A stretch of DNA of 64,000 bases from Rhodanobacteraceae bacterium (lineage in GTDB: Bacteria; Pseudomonadota; Gammaproteobacteria; Xanthomonadales; SZUA-5): assembly GCA_024234055.1 (NCBI GenBank), contig JACKOW010000005.1, forward strand, positions 186,667-250,666, written 5' to 3'. A program made the translations under genes and the position numbers. Positions 38,589 through 46,592 of this stretch are shown one piece after another (within the stretch, counting starts at the first letter, position 1; every line of letters begins with the position of its first letter). Under the pieces are notes generated by a model, which saw only the letters and a list, made by a program, of their open reading frames with translations, was not told the DNA's origin and did no database searches.

Positions 38589-39391
38589 TCGATCAGCCCT
38601 GAGGTCGGCGAGGAAGCATTGGCGAAGCGCTTGCGCGGGATACGACCGGCCAGAAAGGCCTCGCGTCCGGCTTCGATGGCCTTGCGCATGGCCGAGGCCA
38701 TCAGCACCGGATCCCGGGCCCCGGCGATGGCGGTATTCATCAGCACACCGTCGCAGCCCAGTTCCATTGCCACCGCGGCATCCGAGGCCGTGCCCACGCC
38801 GGCATCCACCAGGATCGGCACGGTCTTCTCTTCGACGATGGTCAGGATGTTGTAGGGGTTGCGGATGCCGAGGCCCGATCCGATCGGCGCCGCCAGCGGC
38901 ATCACCGCCACGCAGCCGCGCTTGGCCAACTCCCGCGCCACGACTGGATCGTCATTGGTGTAGACCATGACCTGGAAGCCTTCGCGCACCAGGATATCGG
39001 TGGCCTTGAGGGTCTCGACCACATCCGGGAACAAGGTCTTGATGTCGGCCAGCACCTCGAGCTTGACCAGCGGCGCACCGTCCAGCAGTTCGCGTGCCAG
39101 TCGGCAGGTGCGCACCGCTTCGTCGGCGCTGAAGCAGCCTGCGGTGTTGGGCAGGATGGTGTAGCGACTCGGCGGCAGCACATCGAGCAGATTCGGCTGA
39201 TTCTTGTCCTGGCCGATATTGGTGCGACGTATCGCCACGGTCACGATCTCGGCGCCCGCGGCCTCGGTGGCCAGTTGGGTTTCTTCCAGATCCTTGAACT
39301 TGCCGGTACCGGTCAACAGCCGCGATCGGTAGAGCTTGCCGGCGATCTCCAGCAGGTCATGGTCATTACTATGGCTCACGATGTCGTCCAT
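38585..39391 (-). CDS. thiG: thiazole synthase
   Basis: [19 protein letters not shown]...ILPNTAGC...[13 protein letters not shown]...[12 protein letters not shown] is canonical ThiG. ATG at 39391. The 357-aa ORF-track version runs upstream through REP sequence. Confidence 0.92.
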   Translation of the reverse strand: MDDIVSHSNDHDLLEIAGKLYRSRLLTGTGKFKDLEETQLATEAAGAEIVTVAIRRTNIGQDKNQPNLLDVLPPSRYTILPNTAGCFSADEAVRTCRLARELLDGAPLVKLEVLADIKTLFPDVVETLKATDILVREGFQVMVYTNDDPVVARELAKRGCVAVMPLAAPIGSGLGIRNPYNILTIVEEKTVPILVDAGVGTASDAAVAMELGCDGVLMNTAIAGARDPVLMASAMRKAIEAGREAFLAGRIPRKRFANASSPTSGLIE

Positions 39392-39834
39392 TGGTGACTG
39401 GAGGGGCGAGATTACGCGAGCGGCCCTGCGGAGGCCACGGCCGGGTCGGGGTTGTCGGTTGTTGGTTGTTGGTTGTTGGCGGTAGGAGCGCCCTCGCGGC
39501 GCGAGCAGCGACGCGACGGTCCCCGCCTGAGGCGGGTCGTGGTCAGAAGCCCGACACAATGCCCGACACTGCACATGGACCATGAACCCGGCCTCTGTGG
39601 GAGCGGCTTCAGCCGCGATGCTTCGCTCCGAGCACACGCCAGGCCCGATCGCGGACAAAGTCCGCTCCCACAGCTTGGCCAGCAGAAGCGTTCAGACAAG
39701 TCTGGACCCATAAGAGCGCCGGCCCTGCCAGCCTTTCCCGTGCCCCGTGCCCCGTTTCCCGCCCTTGCCCCACAAACGCAAACCGCCGGGCGTTTGCGCG
39801 CCCGGCGGTCTGTGTCGTTACGAGGACGGCGCGA
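39392..39834. repeat. mosaic REP island: (GGTTGTT)n-like GT-rich tract, REP family 6 hairpin (39594..39672), REP family 2 core (39685..39720), C-rich heptamers (39725..39772)
   Basis: GGGGTTGTCGGTTGTTGGTTGTTGGTTGTTGG; CTGTGGGAGCGGCTTCAGCCGCGAT...ATCGCGGACAAAGTCCGCTCCCACAG; GTTCAGACAAGTCTGGAC; CGTGCCCCGTGCCCCGTTTCCCGCCCTTGCCCC. Confidence 0.85.
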
Positions 39835-41943
39835 TTACCAGATGGCAATCCGCTGATCGCCGTCGCGCACCATCGGGTCACCGGCCTTGCAGCTGAAGGC
39901 TTCGGCGAAGGCCGGCATGTTGCTCGGCGTGCCGATGGCACGGAAACGTGCCGGGGCATGCGGATCAGTGACCAGACGGACCGCCAGTTCCTTGTCGGTG
40001 TAGCCGCGGCGCCAGACCGTTGCCCAGTTCATGAAGAAGCGCTGATCCTGGGTGAAGCCGTCAATCATCGGATCGGTGAAATTCTCGCCCTGGGCCAGTT
40101 TCAAGGCATCGCGCGCGACCGTCAGACCACCCAGATCAGCGATGTTCTCACCCAGCGTCAACGCGCCATTGACGTGCTTGCCGTCGATGGCCTCATAACC
40201 GTTGAACTGTTCGACCAGCATCGCCGTCTTGGCCTTGAAGCCCTCGGCATCGCTGGGCTGCCACCAGTTGGCGAAGGTGCCGTTGGCATCGAAGCGGCTG
40301 CCCTGGTCGTCGTAACCGTGCAGCATCTCGTGACCGATCACGGCGCCGATGCCGCCGTAGTTGGTCGCCAGATCCGCGTTCGGGTCAAAGAAGGGCGGCT
40401 GCAGGATGGCGGCCGGGAACACGATCTCGTTAAGCAGCGGGTTGTAATAGGCATTCACCGTCTGCGGAGTCATGCCCCACTCGCCCTTGTCCTTGGGCTT
40501 GCCGATCTTGGACACCTGATAGGCGTGATTGAAGCGCGCCGCCGCCATGATGTTGGCAATGTAGCTGTCACGGGTGGTGCTCAGACCCGACCAGTCGCGC
40601 CACTTGTCCGGATAGCCGATCTTGGGATTGAAACTGGCCCACTTCTCCAGTGCCTTGGCGCGGGTTTCCGGGCTCATCCACTCCAGCTTCTCCAGACGTG
40701 CCTTGAGGGCGGTCGACAGATTGGCCACCAGCTTTTCCATCTGTGCCTTGGACTCGGGCGGGAAGGCGACTTCCACGTAGATCTCGCCCAGTGCCTCGCC
40801 GACGGTACCGTTGACAGTGTCGAGCACGCGCTTCCAGCGCGGCTTCTGTTCTTCCTGGCCACGCAGGGTCTTGCCATAGAACGCGAAGTTCTCGTCGGCG
40901 TAGGTCTTGCTCAGGAAGGGCGCCGCGTTGTCGATGACGTGGAAATGCAGGTAGGCCTGCCAATCGGCGACCGGCGTCTGCTCCAGCATGCTGTTGAGCT
41001 TGGCGAAGAAGTCCGGATTCGACATCGAGAACATCGCCGGCTCGCTCATGCCGTTGGCCTTGAAGAACTCGGCCCAGGGCATCAGCGGGGTCTTGGCGTC
41101 GGCATCTGCCACGCTGACCGGGTTGTAATACTTGGAGACATCGCGCGACATCTCTTCGGTGGAGTACGACACGTCCGCCAGCTGGGTTTCAATGGCCATG
41201 ATCGCCGCGGCCTGCGCCTTGGCGCTGGCCTCGTCGGCACCTGCCAGCTTCAGCATGGACTCGATGTGGGCCACGTAGGCCTCGCGCTCGGCCTTGTGCT
41301 CATCGCCTGCGTAGTAGGTCTTGTCGGGCAGACCCAGGCCATCCTGGGTGACATAGGCGATGACCTGACTGGAATCCTGGAAGTCCGATTCGCCGCCAAA
41401 GCCGAACAACATGCCGCGGCCATCAGCGTGGGCATCGCGCACAAAGGTGGCAACGTCCTGCGGTGACGACAAGGCCGCAATCTGGTCCAGCACCGGCTGG
41501 ATCGGCTTCAGACCGGCCGCTTCGGCTGCTGCTTCATCCATGCCGGTGGCCCAGAAATCACCGATCACCTTCTCGACGCCGGCCGCATCCTTCTTGACCG
41601 CCAATTTCTCGACGATCTGCTTCTGCACACCCAGCGAGCGCTCACCGAGCATCTCGAAGCTGCCCCAGGTGGTGCGATCGGCCGGAACCGGGTTGGCCGC
41701 CAGCCACTTGCTGTTCACGTAGCCGTTGAGGTCGGTACAGGCGGAAATGGCCGGATCCAGATCGCTGGCCTGGAAGACCGGCAGGGCCGGCAGACTGGCC
41801 ACATCGATACTGAGCTTCTCGGGTGCGGCCGGAGCGGCGGGAGCAGTCGGAGCAGCAGTCTGGGGGGCTTCGCTGCCACAGGCAGCGAGCAACAGCGCGG
41901 CGGCAAGCGCCGCGGACAGCGGTTTGAGCACGGAACGGATCAC
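39835..41943 (-). CDS. pepO: M13-family zinc metalloendopeptidase (PepO / endothelin-converting-enzyme-like) lipoprotein
   Basis: GAVIGHEMLHGYDD (HExxH), ENIADLGG, and the C-terminal pattern of neprilysin-type peptidases. GTG at 41943 follows GAGGGAG and gives VIRSVLKPLSAALAAALLLAACGS (lipobox LAAC). Confidence 0.88.
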   Translation of the reverse strand: MIRSVLKPLSAALAAALLLAACGSEAPQTAAPTAPAAPAAPEKLSIDVASLPALPVFQASDLDPAISACTDLNGYVNSKWLAANPVPADRTTWGSFEMLGERSLGVQKQIVEKLAVKKDAAGVEKVIGDFWATGMDEAAAEAAGLKPIQPVLDQIAALSSPQDVATFVRDAHADGRGMLFGFGGESDFQDSSQVIAYVTQDGLGLPDKTYYAGDEHKAEREAYVAHIESMLKLAGADEASAKAQAAAIMAIETQLADVSYSTEEMSRDVSKYYNPVSVADADAKTPLMPWAEFFKANGMSEPAMFSMSNPDFFAKLNSMLEQTPVADWQAYLHFHVIDNAAPFLSKTYADENFAFYGKTLRGQEEQKPRWKRVLDTVNGTVGEALGEIYVEVAFPPESKAQMEKLVANLSTALKARLEKLEWMSPETRAKALEKWASFNPKIGYPDKWRDWSGLSTTRDSYIANIMAAARFNHAYQVSKIGKPKDKGEWGMTPQTVNAYYNPLLNEIVFPAAILQPPFFDPNADLATNYGGIGAVIGHEMLHGYDDQGSRFDANGTFANWWQPSDAEGFKAKTAMLVEQFNGYEAIDGKHVNGALTLGENIADLGGLTVARDALKLAQGENFTDPMIDGFTQDQRFFMNWATVWRRGYTDKELAVRLVTDPHAPARFRAIGTPSNMPAFAEAFSCKAGDPMVRDGDQRIAIW

Positions 41944-42060
41944 GGAATCTCCCTCATCGGATGAGCGGCAGGCGCAACAGGACAAAGGCCTCCGCGCGGG
42001 CCGCGGACTCTAGGACATTTTCACAATCTCGCCATGAGCCGGAGGTCATGGGTTATGCGA

Positions 42061-42152
42061 GGGCACGGGGCACGGGGCACGGGGCACGGGGCACGGGGCA
42101 CGGGGCACGGGGCACGGGGCACGGGGCACGGGGCACGGGGCACGGGGCACGG
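42061..42152. repeat. heptanucleotide microsatellite (GGGGCAC)~13
   Basis: Counted directly: GGGCAC, then 12 perfect GGGGCAC units (42067..42150), then GG. Intergenic, about 115 bp upstream of the M13 peptidase start. Confidence 0.97.
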
Positions 42153-42320
42153 TAAAGCAGGTTCTCCAACCAGCTTGTTGGCGCTCTGGGGTCCAATGCA
42201 AGCGCGTCGGTGGCCTATCGCCATGCCTGACGGATGTCACGCTCGGTGCGGACTTGCACCTGGATAGCTCTCGTCTTTGCGCTGACCAGGGCTCAAGGAA
42301 GGAAGCGCGGTCCGCCCTGG

Positions 42321-42566
42321 CCCGCACATTTCATGAGGTCGCGATGAAATCGCCCGACTTCGTTGGAACTACGCGGAAATCCTCGAATGGGTTGAAATGA
42401 CAAACTGTTCGCTGCCATTTCCTCGCTAACGCGGCCCTCGCTCGTTCTTTGCGCCGGACTCTTCGTTGCTCGTCGTCGCAATGGAACAACCATTGCTCCT
42501 CCTCTCGTCTCGATTCCGGCGCAAAGCCCTTCGCGATCATCCGCGTTCCCTCATGAAATATGCGGG
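42321..42566. mobile_element. MITE-like element (~246 bp) with ~18-bp terminal inverted repeats
   Basis: Left end CCCGCACATTTCATGAGG (42321-42338). Right end CCCTCATGAAATATGCGGG (42548-42566), whose reverse complement is CCCGCATATTTCATGAGGG. The interior is visibly lower in GC and has no credible ORF. It abuts the MATE stop codon. Confidence 0.6.
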
Positions 42567-43979
42567 CTAGCCAGTTTCTCCCCGTGCCCCCTGCCCCGTT
42601 TCCCGTGCCCCGTCCCGCAGCCTGCGCAAACTCGTCGCCAGCCGCCAGTTCAGCAGGATCGCCGCCATGCTGAGGCCGGCGATGAAGCCGATCCACAGGC
42701 CCGGGCCGCCCCAGCCCACCTGGAATCCCAGGGTCCAGGCCATGGGGAATCCCACGCCCCAATAGGCGATGGCGGTGATGATCATCGGGAACTGGGTGTC
42801 CTTGAGCCCACGCAGGGCACCGGCGGCAACCACCTGGATGCCGTCGGACAGCTGGAAGATGGCGGCCAGGAACATCAGCTGCACCGCCAGCGGCACCAGG
42901 GCTTCGGCACCCGGCGCGTACAAGCGGGTGATCGGTGCTGCCAGCAACAGCATGACCGCGGCCGACAACAGTTGCGTGCCCAGTGCCAGCGTCAAACCGG
43001 CGATGGCCGCGCGTCGGACATCGGTCAGCCGCTCGGCGCCGCGGGCGTGTCCCACGCGCACGGTGACGGCCTGCGCCAGTCCCAGCGGCAGCATGAAAGC
43101 CACCGAGGCCACATTGATGGCGATCTGGTGCGCCGCGGCCCAGTCGCCACCGATACGCCCCATCAGCAGCGCAACGACGATGAACAGTCCGCCCTCCATC
43201 TGCCAGGCAAAGGCCATCGGCATTCCCAGGGCCAGCAAGGCCATGATCGGTTCGCGCCGGGGTCGATCGAGCTTGAGGATGGGCCCGAATCGCAGAAACC
43301 AGGAGGCACGTCTCAAGTACCAGGCCAGGCCAATCGCTTCCAGCCACAAGGTGATGGCAGTCGCCAGACCCAGACCGAAAGTGCCCAGCGCCGGTATCGG
43401 CCCGGCGCCAAAGGCCAGCAGGATCGCCAGCGGCACCAGCACTACCAGCCCCGCCAGGGCGGCCACCATGCCTGGTTTGGTTCGACCGAGGCCCTCGGCA
43501 TAGCCACGCAGCAGATAGAAGGCCGCCAGCGCCGGGCCACCGAAACCGACGCCGCGCAGGAAATCGGCCGCATAGGGATAGAGTTTCGGATCAACGCCCA
43601 CAAGGCGCAGCGCGCTGCTGCCGTTGAAGCAGATCAGCATCACCACCACTCCCAGCGCCAGAGCCAGCCACCAGGCCTGACGGGCCTGGGCGGCAATCTC
43701 GTCGAAGCGCCGCGCTCCGAACAGTTGGGCCACGATCGGCGTGATCGCGGCCAGGATGCCGATGGTCAGCAGCAGCGCCACGGTATACACAGCACCGCCC
43801 ACGGCCACACCGCCCAGCGCCGCCGAGCTGATACGGCCGGCAACGATGCTGTCGGCCACGGTCATGCCCATCGCCGACACTTGCCCGACGATCAGGGGCG
43901 CTGCCAGTCGCAGGGTTTCCAGCAGATGGCTTCTGTAAGTGGCGGGTGTGTCCAAGCGCTGCGCTGTGTTTGATTTCAA
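42567..43979 (-). CDS. MATE-family multidrug/toxin efflux transporter
   Basis: LLETLRLAAPLIVGQVSAMGMTVADSIVAGR is the typical MATE N-terminus, with 12 TM helices. Start uncertain: TTG 43979 proposed, because ATG 44033 would overlap the divergent gene's start. The C-terminal ~15 aa are encoded by degenerate C-rich heptamers. Confidence 0.8.
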   Translation of the reverse strand: MKSNTAQRLDTPATYRSHLLETLRLAAPLIVGQVSAMGMTVADSIVAGRISSAALGGVAVGGAVYTVALLLTIGILAAITPIVAQLFGARRFDEIAAQARQAWWLALALGVVVMLICFNGSSALRLVGVDPKLYPYAADFLRGVGFGGPALAAFYLLRGYAEGLGRTKPGMVAALAGLVVLVPLAILLAFGAGPIPALGTFGLGLATAITLWLEAIGLAWYLRRASWFLRFGPILKLDRPRREPIMALLALGMPMAFAWQMEGGLFIVVALLMGRIGGDWAAAHQIAINVASVAFMLPLGLAQAVTVRVGHARGAERLTDVRRAAIAGLTLALGTQLLSAAVMLLLAAPITRLYAPGAEALVPLAVQLMFLAAIFQLSDGIQVVAAGALRGLKDTQFPMIITAIAYWGVGFPMAWTLGFQVGWGGPGLWIGFIAGLSMAAILLNWRLATSLRRLRDGARETGQGARGETG

Positions 43980-44031
43980 GGCCGCGTATCTTAGGGCTCT
44001 TGCAAGGACTTGCGGCTCCAGGGAGAACGTC

Positions 44032-45018
44032 ATGCCGACAGCAGTGGTGACCGGCGCCACCGGATTTCTGGGAGGACACATCGTCCGGCTGCTGCTGGAA
44101 AATGATTACAAGGTGCGCGCCCTGTACCGGTCCGAAGCCACCGTGGCGGCGATCGCCGAGCTACCCATCGAGTTCGTCCAGGGCGATGTCAGTGATCGCG
44201 CCTCGCTGGATCGGGCCATGCACGACGCCCCCGATCTGGTGTTCCATGTCGCCGCCAGCACGGCCATGTGGAAGCCACGCTCCGCCCAGCAGACCCTGGT
44301 CAATGTCGAGGGCACGCGCAATGTGGTCCAGTCCGCACTGCGGGCCAAGGTCGGGCGGCTGGTCCACACCTCCAGCGTGGCCGTCTATGGACTGACGAGC
44401 GAGGTCATCAGCGAGACCTCGCCGCATCTGGGGCGCGAATCCTGGATCAACTATGCGCGCAGCAAGGCGCTGGGAGAGGATGCGGTCCACGCCGGCATCC
44501 GCTCCGGGCTGGATGCCGTCATCTGCAACCCGACCCACATCTTCGGACCGGGTGACACCCAGAACTGGGCGCGACTGATCATGCTGGTTGATCAGCAGAA
44601 GCTGCCGGGTGTGCCGCCGGGATCGGGCTCCTTCATCGATGTGCGTGAGGCGGCGCAAGCCCATCTGGTCGCCGCCGAGCGCGGCACCAAGGGCGGAAGC
44701 TATCTGTTGGGCGGAGAGGAATGCAGTTTTCTCGATCTGGTCCAGCGCATCGGGCGATTGCTGGGCAAACCCGCCCCGAGCAAGGCCATTCCCGCTCTTG
44801 CCATGCGTGCACTCGCGCAGATCCAGGATCGCTGGAGCCGCTTCAGCGGCAAAGAGCCCGAGCTGACCCCCGAATCGGTGGCTTTCGTCTGCCAGCGGAT
44901 GCGCTGCGACATCAGCAAGGCCAGGCGCGAGCTCGATCTCAAGGTGACCCCGCTGGATCATCTGCTCGCCGATACGATCGCCTGGCTGCGGCAGAACCGC
45001 TTGATCCAACGACCATGA
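44032..45018 (+). CDS. NAD-dependent epimerase/dehydratase-family SDR
   Basis: MPTAVVTGATGFLGGHIV (extended-SDR GxxGxxG) and YARSK (YxxxK). ATG at 44032 follows GGGAGA. Confidence 0.85.
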   Translation: MPTAVVTGATGFLGGHIVRLLLENDYKVRALYRSEATVAAIAELPIEFVQGDVSDRASLDRAMHDAPDLVFHVAASTAMWKPRSAQQTLVNVEGTRNVVQSALRAKVGRLVHTSSVAVYGLTSEVISETSPHLGRESWINYARSKALGEDAVHAGIRSGLDAVICNPTHIFGPGDTQNWARLIMLVDQQKLPGVPPGSGSFIDVREAAQAHLVAAERGTKGGSYLLGGEECSFLDLVQRIGRLLGKPAPSKAIPALAMRALAQIQDRWSRFSGKEPELTPESVAFVCQRMRCDISKARRELDLKVTPLDHLLADTIAWLRQNRLIQRP

Positions 45019-46238
45019 ATCAGACACGACCCGCAGCCGAGCCCACGATCGCAGTCGCCGAGCCCGAGCCGTCTGGGCAGGCACCGATGCGACTGACCCG
45101 CGCCCAGCGCAAGGCCCTCGCCTGGCAGGGCAAATCCTGCGAGAACTGCGAAATTCCCTTGCAGGGGCCGTTCTGCCACCGCTGCGGGCAACCCGAACGC
45201 ACGCCGATCCGTGATCTGCTGGCGCTGTCCAACGACGCCCTGGATTACCTCTTTGACGTCGACTCGCGGGTCTGGCGCACGCTGGTCAGCCTGTTCTTTG
45301 CGCCGGGCCGGCTGACCGAGGCTTATCTGGCCGGCAAGCGCATGAGCTTCATCCGGCCGATGCGCATCTATCTGGTCATGAGCGCCTTGCTGTTTGTCGT
45401 GGTCAACTGGACCAGCGACCTCAACATGCGAGTGACCGGGGACGGCGATGTTCAGATCAACGGCTCGGCTGAGGACGTGGTGCTGCCGCAGCTGCCGGTG
45501 CCTCCCACGCCACCGGACGCTGGCGCTGGCCCGATCGACCCTGAATCCGCACGCCGGGCCGAGGAGGTAGCCAGAGCACAAGCGGAAGCTGCCCAGGCGC
45601 TGGAGCAGGCCGCAGAACAGATCAAGGCCAAAGCCGCAGCGGAGGATGCTGCCAGGGCGACGGTCAAGGAAAAGAAACCGATCAACCTGACCTTCGCCGG
45701 GGATCAGCCCTGGGATCGACAGGACAATCCGCTGGTGCTGGCGTGGCTGCCCCCTGAAGTCAACGAATGGATGAACGACTACATCGCCGTGATCAAGGCC
45801 AATCTGGAATTGGTGCGGGATGACCCTCACCGCCTGGGTCAGTCATTCCTGCAGGTGCTGCCGCAAAGCTTGTTCGTGCTGCTGCCGGTCTTTGCGCTGT
45901 TGCTCAAGTTGGTGCTGGTGTTCAAGCGCCGCCTGTACATGGAACATCTGATGGTGGCCGTGCACAGCCACACCTTCATCTACATGGGGATTCTGGTCGC
46001 GATCGGATTGTCGAAGCTGGCCGAATTCTGGCCCGAGGGCTGGTTCAATCCCTGGTGGTTCCTGATGGGACTTTCGATTGCCTGGATACCGCTCAATCTG
46101 TTCCTGACCCAGAAACGAGTGTACCGGCAGCGCTGGTGGGGGGCGCCCTTCGCTTTTTTTGTGATCGGCACCCTGTATCTTATTCTGGTCTCTTTCACCA
46201 TCATCGCCGCCCTGGTGATGAGCCTGGTGAATCTATGA
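45015..46238 (+). CDS. zinc-ribbon membrane protein (DUF3667-like)
   Basis: CENCEIPLQGPFCHRCG zinc ribbon, then RVWRTLVSLFFAPGRLTEAYLAGKRMSFIRPMRIYL and several TM helices, the pattern I associate with DUF3667. The ATG overlaps the upstream stop (ATGA). Confidence 0.7.
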   Translation: MNQTRPAAEPTIAVAEPEPSGQAPMRLTRAQRKALAWQGKSCENCEIPLQGPFCHRCGQPERTPIRDLLALSNDALDYLFDVDSRVWRTLVSLFFAPGRLTEAYLAGKRMSFIRPMRIYLVMSALLFVVVNWTSDLNMRVTGDGDVQINGSAEDVVLPQLPVPPTPPDAGAGPIDPESARRAEEVARAQAEAAQALEQAAEQIKAKAAAEDAARATVKEKKPINLTFAGDQPWDRQDNPLVLAWLPPEVNEWMNDYIAVIKANLELVRDDPHRLGQSFLQVLPQSLFVLLPVFALLLKLVLVFKRRLYMEHLMVAVHSHTFIYMGILVAIGLSKLAEFWPEGWFNPWWFLMGLSIAWIPLNLFLTQKRVYRQRWWGAPFAFFVIGTLYLILVSFTIIAALVMSLVNL

Positions 46239-46260
46239 ATCTGGAGCTGGTGGAGCTGGC

Positions 46261-46584
46261 ATGATCGTCTATGAAGTCAACATCAAGGTCCGCGAAGCAG
46301 TCGCCGACGACTACCGCGCGTGGCTGGGCGATCATGTGCGTGAGTTGCTGACCCTGCCCGGCTTTCTGAGTGCCGAAGTCATGGTCCTGGAGCCCGAACA
46401 ACCCACGCCGGAACAGCAGGAACTGGTGGTGGCCTACCGACTCGACAGCCATCACTCCCTGATCCGATACCTGGCCGAGCACGCCCCACGCATGCGCGCC
46501 AAGGCCAATGAGCGCTTCGAGGGCCAGTTCGAGATCTCGCGCCGGGTACTGGCACCGCTGGTCGAGATGCTGCGCGTCGACTAG
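46261..46584 (+). CDS. small conserved protein (DUF4286-like)
   Basis: 107 aa. MIVYEVNIKV...YRAWLGDHVRELL resembles the DUF4286 family as recalled. Good codon bias. Confidence 0.6.
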   Translation: MIVYEVNIKVREAVADDYRAWLGDHVRELLTLPGFLSAEVMVLEPEQPTPEQQELVVAYRLDSHHSLIRYLAEHAPRMRAKANERFEGQFEISRRVLAPLVEMLRVD

Positions 46585-46592
46585 CAGGCGTC

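Noticed and set aside
39392-39658. N-terminal 89-aa extension of thiG in the ORF track (38585..39658).
   Set aside because: The extension is translated REP and GT-rich repeat DNA ([13 protein letters not shown]...). Canonical ThiG homology begins at [19 protein letters not shown] (ATG 39391).
39392-39834. Expected thiS gene and/or TPP riboswitch upstream of thiG.
   Set aside because: There is no ~66-aa ubiquitin-like ORF ending in GG. I could not find the conserved CUGAGA...ACCUGA TPP-riboswitch core by eye, and the region is filled with REP elements. A covariance-model scan would be needed to be certain.
42061-42152. Possible CRISPR array (regular short repeats). Also considered for 6262..6700.
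   Set aside because: The units are contiguous with no unique spacers. The unit lengths (7 bp and 119 bp) are outside CRISPR repeat/spacer geometry. There are no cas genes in the window.
42021-42327. ORFs translating the (GGGGCAC)n array as GTGHGAR / PCPVPRA repeats. The same applies to 63044..63469 and 63088..63345, which read (GGGACTC)n as SPESRVP.
   Set aside because: The 7-aa periodicity is just 3 x 7 nt of a non-coding microsatellite. The ORFs are open in several frames and strands at once, and they have no start context.
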